The notes under the pieces were generated by a model. The model ran no database searches, was not told where the DNA came from, and saw only the letters and a list, made by a program, of their open reading frames with translations. From sequence record PZ445431.1: a DNA stretch of 64,000 nucleotides; one strand, written 5' to 3'. The first letter of the stretch is position 1. Every line of letters begins with the position of its first letter. Source of the stretch: a phage. A program made the position numbers and the translations under genes. Positions 60,551 through 64,000 of this stretch are shown piece by piece.

Positions 60551-60552
60551 AT

Positions 60553-60822
60553 ATGTCTATTCTTTTATCTGCTTTAGAAGCAAAACAAAATACTATTGCT
60601 AGCATTAAAAAGGAAGTAATTGACCTAGAATCACTTATTGCCGTAGAGATTGACAAAGCTATTAAAGATAAAGAATTTAATTGTCACATCCAGGGATTAA
60701 CTGAATACTCAGAAAACGCTAGAAATAGCGTCATGCAAAAACTTAGCAAACTAGGTTATGTTGTAGAAGCTAAGTATGAACAGCGTGAAGGTTTTTGGCT
60801 TGAAATTGATTGGAGCAAATAA
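60553..60822 (+). CDS. hypothetical protein
   Basis: 89-aa ORF; stop overlaps RNase H start. Confidence 0.3.
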   Translation: MSILLSALEAKQNTIASIKKEVIDLESLIAVEIDKAIKDKEFNCHIQGLTEYSENARNSVMQKLSKLGYVVEAKYEQREGFWLEIDWSK

Positions 60823-61298
60823 TGTCGGTTTTCCACATATATACAGATGGTGCATGTAAAGGCAATCCTGGTTTAGGTGCGTGGGGATTCGTTGTCTATA
60901 ATGATAATGATGATCGTATTGGCTCTAAATCTGGCTTCAGCCCTAAAACTACTAATAACGAAATGGAACTTACTGCAATTGTAGAAGTTCTTCGTTGGTC
61001 TACTAAGAAAGATAATCGTCCAGTAATTATCTACACTGATTCTGCTTACTGCAAAAATGGTATGGAAAGCTGGATGTGGTCTTGGCAGAAGAAAGGCTGG
61101 AAGAAGGGAGATGGTGAAACCCCTCTTAATCTAGAACTCTGGCAAGAAGCATTTAAACTAACCCAACAGTACATTAACTTCCATGATACCAATCCAACCT
61201 TTGTTAAGGTTAAAGGTCACTCAGGTATTCGTGGTAATGAAGAAGTTGATGCTCTATGCAATACTGTAATTACTGAGCAAGAACTTGCTGAGATGTAA
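60822..61298 (+). CDS. rnh: ribonuclease H
   Basis: FHIYTDGACKGNPGLGAWGFVV, TNNEMELTA and C-terminal GHSGIRGNEEVD RNase HI motifs; ATG at 60822 with GGAG SD (ORF track begins at TTG 60810). Confidence 0.85.
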   Translation: MSVFHIYTDGACKGNPGLGAWGFVVYNDNDDRIGSKSGFSPKTTNNEMELTAIVEVLRWSTKKDNRPVIIYTDSAYCKNGMESWMWSWQKKGWKKGDGETPLNLELWQEAFKLTQQYINFHDTNPTFVKVKGHSGIRGNEEVDALCNTVITEQELAEM

Positions 61299-61318
61299 TA
61301 AATAAATTAAAAATTCAC

Positions 61319-61347
61319 TTGCTTAAAGCCCTCGAATTTAGTATAAT
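61319..61347 (+). promoter_or_regulatory. T5-type early promoter
   Basis: TTGCTT - 17 nt - TATAAT, downstream GAGGAGG RBS. Confidence 0.6.
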
Positions 61348-61374
61348 ATTCGTATTGAAAGTGAGGAGGGCTTT

Positions 61375-61653
61375 ATGCGAATTTACAACTCAAATTCATT
61401 AGGATTTAAACCTTTGAGAAAACGCGCACAATCTCCGCGTCAGATCAGAAAGGCAAATATTGGTGAGCCAGAAACTAGGCTTCCACCACCTCCGGAGCAA
61501 CGTCTAGTTTACCTAGATGAAGAGTTAGCCGAAAGGGAACGCAAAGCTCAAGAAGAAATTGAGCGTAAGAAACTGTGTACTGCTCCTGCGTATAACAAGG
61601 GTGGTTATCAATACGTTTCCAGTGAGGAACAAGCTAAGATGATCGGCAGATAA
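61375..61653 (+). CDS. hypothetical protein
   Basis: 92-aa basic ORF. Confidence 0.35.
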   Translation: MRIYNSNSLGFKPLRKRAQSPRQIRKANIGEPETRLPPPPEQRLVYLDEELAERERKAQEEIERKKLCTAPAYNKGGYQYVSSEEQAKMIGR

Positions 61654-61669
61654 TTTTTAAAAAATTCAT

Positions 61670-61698
61670 TTGCTAAACGCTTCAAAATTTAGTATAAT
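61670..61698 (+). promoter_or_regulatory. T5-type early promoter
   Basis: TTGCTA - 17 nt - TATAAT. Confidence 0.6.
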
Positions 61699-61736
61699 AT
61701 ATCTCATAAATTGATCAACAAAAAGGAAAACAAATA

Positions 61737-62252
61737 ATGGCTAAGCAGAAAAACGCAAAAACTCAGGCAGCTCCGGCAGTTAAAACTTTCGCTCAGACCG
61801 AAGCCAATCGTAAGGCTCGTCTGGAACGTCATCTGCGTAAGCATCCTAGCGATGCTCAGGCTCAGACTGCTCTGAAGTCTCCGGTTCCGATTCGTCAGAA
61901 GCCGAAGGCTAAGAACTCCACTCGCGCAACTGCTAAGCAGGTTGTGTTCATCAAGGGTGAAGGTCATAAGTCTGTACCGGTAACTCTGAGCTTTAACGGA
62001 GGTGCTGAGATGTTCGCCCGCAACGGTATGGCTCTGAAAGATTACGAAAAAGCAGTCAATCAGAAGCGTAAGCCAATGGCTGACGTAATGCGTGAATCCC
62101 GTGGACAGTTTGGCTCCGTTAAACCGAATATCTTCGGGGTAGAGTATAGCCGTGACAACGTTCGCGCTCTGTGCTATGGTATCGGTATTAAGTTTACTGG
62201 TGCTTCTGATCGTAAATCCACTAAACCTGCTCGTAAGCGTAAAGCGAAGTAA
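61737..62252 (+). CDS. highly basic, codon-optimised hypothetical protein (possible nucleic-acid-binding)
   Basis: 171 aa; Lys/Arg-rich N- and C-termini; strongly E. coli-optimal codons. Confidence 0.4.
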   Translation: MAKQKNAKTQAAPAVKTFAQTEANRKARLERHLRKHPSDAQAQTALKSPVPIRQKPKAKNSTRATAKQVVFIKGEGHKSVPVTLSFNGGAEMFARNGMALKDYEKAVNQKRKPMADVMRESRGQFGSVKPNIFGVEYSRDNVRALCYGIGIKFTGASDRKSTKPARKRKAK

Positions 62253-62268
62253 TGATTGATGGGGCGAA

Positions 62269-62286
62269 AGCCCCATATACTAACTC
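62269..62286 (+). terminator. GAAA-tetraloop hairpin, terminator candidate
   Basis: ATGGGGC-GAAA-GCCCCAT directly after stop codon. Confidence 0.45.
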
Positions 62287-62313
62287 TTTCTCTGACTAAT
62301 TAAGGATATTTTT

Positions 62314-62529
62314 ATGTTCTCTAAGAAACCACGTTCCGTTACTGAAATCGTTGCTTCCTTTACCACTATTACTGATGAACTTCAAGCTCGTATTGAAGCT
62401 GACCAGAAAACTGCTGCTGATATTCAGAAACAGCAGGAAGAACTCGCTCTGAAACTGGCTGAAACCAATAAGAGTGAAAAATCTGCTCAAACTATTAAGG
62501 AAAATATCCTTAAACTGCTGGGCAAGTAA
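62314..62529 (+). CDS. hypothetical coiled-coil protein
   Basis: 71-aa ORF; optimised codons. Confidence 0.35.
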   Translation: MFSKKPRSVTEIVASFTTITDELQARIEADQKTAADIQKQQEELALKLAETNKSEKSAQTIKENILKLLGK

Positions 62530-62537
62530 TTTAAATC

Positions 62538-62554
62538 AGGGGGCGAAAGCCCCT
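62538..62554 (+). terminator. GAAA-tetraloop hairpin, terminator candidate
   Basis: AGGGGGC-GAAA-GCCCCT; same GGGGCGAAAGCCCC core as hairpin at 62271. Confidence 0.45.
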
Positions 62555-62570
62555 CTTATTTGGAGAAACT

Positions 62571-62783
62571 ATGCGTAACTTCGTTGCAAAGAATGATTTT
62601 AACCGTGCTAGCACTCACAAGTCTGCTAGAGACTACACTCGTCTTTCTAAACATGAGCTTCTAGAAGAAATCATGGAAGAAAACTGGGATGTTAGTGAAA
62701 ATGGAACAGACCTGTTTGAAGAAGGGGAACTTCCTCTGAAAGACCCCAAACAGTGGGAGTCTATTAAAGAGACAGCTCTTTAA
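62571..62783 (+). CDS. hypothetical protein
   Basis: 70-aa ORF. Confidence 0.3.
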   Translation: MRNFVAKNDFNRASTHKSARDYTRLSKHELLEEIMEENWDVSENGTDLFEEGELPLKDPKQWESIKETAL

Positions 62784-62813
62784 TAGTTTTCTACAACAAT
62801 AAAGGACATAATT

Positions 62814-63515
62814 ATGAAATTCAAGCCCTTTGGTATGCTGGACATTGAATCTCTAGGTACTCCAGGAAATTGCGGTACTACTCATATTGCAATGCCTTCT
62901 TTCGCTTTTGTAGCGATGCACGGAATTGATAAAGATCCTGATCTGGTATTCGTTACTCTAGACGTTCAAGATCAGCTTAATGCGGGTGCTAAGGTAACTG
63001 CCTCTACTATTGCATTCTGGATGGATCAAGCTAAAAACAGTCCATCTGCGCTCCATATTATGGAGGCTCTAAATGGTCGTAATCCTAAACTGATTGCCTT
63101 CCGTGATGGTAAGCATCACTGCACTAATGACGTAGGCTCTAATTATGCTGCCTTCTCTATGGCTCAGAACATTATGGAATTGTCTCTAGGAGATAATGCT
63201 CTGTATTACGGCAATGGCCCAGAGTTTGATATGACTATCTACTCTGCAAATACGTTCCATGCCGGAACCCATGAAGAAGTAGTTCCGTGGAAATTCTGGA
63301 ACTTAGGTAATGTTCGATCTTTCCGTAATCAATGGATGCAAGCTGGTTATAGTTATAAAGATCTAGAAGCCGAAGGTGCTAGCTGGGCAAAAGCTAAAAT
63401 GGAAAAGATGGATACCATTCGTTATGGAATCTATCCAGTTAAACATGATCCAGCATTCGATGCTTTAGTTGAAAGTTATTGTGTAGCCATCATGATCGAA
63501 AAAATCAAAATTTGA
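62814..63515 (+). CDS. putative DEDDh-type 3'-5' exonuclease (DnaQ-like fold)
   Basis: 233 aa; Exo I-like MLDIESLG (D-x-E) near N-terminus and Exo III-like HDPAFDAL (H-x4-D) near C-terminus. Confidence 0.4.
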   Translation: MKFKPFGMLDIESLGTPGNCGTTHIAMPSFAFVAMHGIDKDPDLVFVTLDVQDQLNAGAKVTASTIAFWMDQAKNSPSALHIMEALNGRNPKLIAFRDGKHHCTNDVGSNYAAFSMAQNIMELSLGDNALYYGNGPEFDMTIYSANTFHAGTHEEVVPWKFWNLGNVRSFRNQWMQAGYSYKDLEAEGASWAKAKMEKMDTIRYGIYPVKHDPAFDALVESYCVAIMIEKIKI

Positions 63516-63544
63516 TTTGCTTTCAGCTCCAAAATTCTGTATAA
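63516..63544 (+). promoter_or_regulatory. T5 PN25-like early promoter
   Basis: TTGCTT - 17 nt - TATAAT followed by ATTCATAAATTTGAGAG. Confidence 0.65.
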
Positions 63545-63585
63545 TATATTCATAAATTTGAGAGAACAACAAAAGGAAAATAATT

Positions 63586-63768
63586 ATGCCAGTATCTAAA
63601 AACGTCCGTAAAAATGGTAAAGTAGCAAAACGTAACCTGGGTCTGCGTCGTATGGCTGAGCGTCAGTCCGGCATCCAGAAAATCTTTAATGTACTGAATC
63701 GCACCAACCCGAATATTGATAACAGTTCTGATACTGTTCTGCGCACTCTGCTCGCAATCGGTCTGTAA
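63586..63768 (+). CDS. hypothetical small basic protein
   Basis: 60-aa ORF, optimised codons. Confidence 0.3.
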   Translation: MPVSKNVRKNGKVAKRNLGLRRMAERQSGIQKIFNVLNRTNPNIDNSSDTVLRTLLAIGL

Positions 63769-63822
63769 TAGACCGTTTTTAAAACAAGTTCAAATCTCAA
63801 ACTTCATATAAGGAAGCAAATA

Positions 63823-64000
63823 ATGACTACTCGTATCTCTAAAACTCGTGCTCTGGCAACTATCAAGTCTCTGGAAGCTAAAATCCGTAAAGCTACTGAA
63901 CAACAGCTTTTGATTGCTGTTGGTGAAGGTAAAGACAAGAATCAAGTTGTCGTTGGTGCTGCAATCGAAGTAGATGCTCTGTCTACTCGTATTAAAACTG
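63823..64000 (+). CDS. hypothetical protein, 5' part only (runs off window)
   Basis: ATG at 63823 after AAGGAAG SD; open to window end. Confidence 0.3.
   Translation, partial: MTTRISKTRALATIKSLEAKIRKATEQQLLIAVGEGKDKNQVVVGAAIEVDALSTRIKT

Noticed and set aside
61704-62276. 190-aa ORF antisense to the basic protein gene
   Set aside because: The plus-strand ORF has optimal codons, promoter, RBS and terminator; the antisense ORF has none.
1-64000. Integrase, excisionase, attachment site or lysogeny repressor
   Set aside because: None seen; gene content and promoter architecture are those of a virulent T5-like phage.

Overview
This window reads as a contiguous ~64 kb segment of a T5-like siphophage (Tequintavirus-type), with three transcription blocks. 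(1) 1-24512, plus strand: late morphogenesis module (large terminase, portal, Ig-like decoration protein, prohead protease, major capsid protein, head completion and tail terminator proteins, tail tube, tape measure, distal tail protein, baseplate hub, central fibre, collar protein, side tail fibre), interrupted by free-standing homing endonucleases. (2) 24758-52558, minus strand: early replication/recombination module (dUTPase, flap endonuclease, SbcCD-like nuclease, SSB-like protein, D10-type helicase, DNA polymerase, primase, DnaB-like helicase, split NAD-dependent ligase, PC4-like protein, a large P-loop ATPase, HAD phosphatase, Sir2-like protein, anaerobic RNR), driven by T5-type TTGCTT-N17-TATAAT promoters. 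(3) 52911-64000, plus strand: nucleotide metabolism and accessory genes (PhoH, NrdA, HNH, NrdB, DHFR, ThyA, HslV-like peptidase, RNase H, small unknowns). All calls rest on motifs read by eye plus recalled T5 gene order and sizes; no similarity search was run. Several ORF-track starts are non-ATG (GTG/TTG) and were adjusted where an ATG with a Shine-Dalgarno was visible. The receptor-binding protein is not in the window. Most worth follow-up: an orphan HslV/proteasome-like Ntn peptidase, a zinc-ribbon-less Sir2-like protein in an early operon with a HAD phosphatase and a tandem paralog pair, and a ~490 bp non-coding promoter-fed leader upstream of a large ATPase gene.
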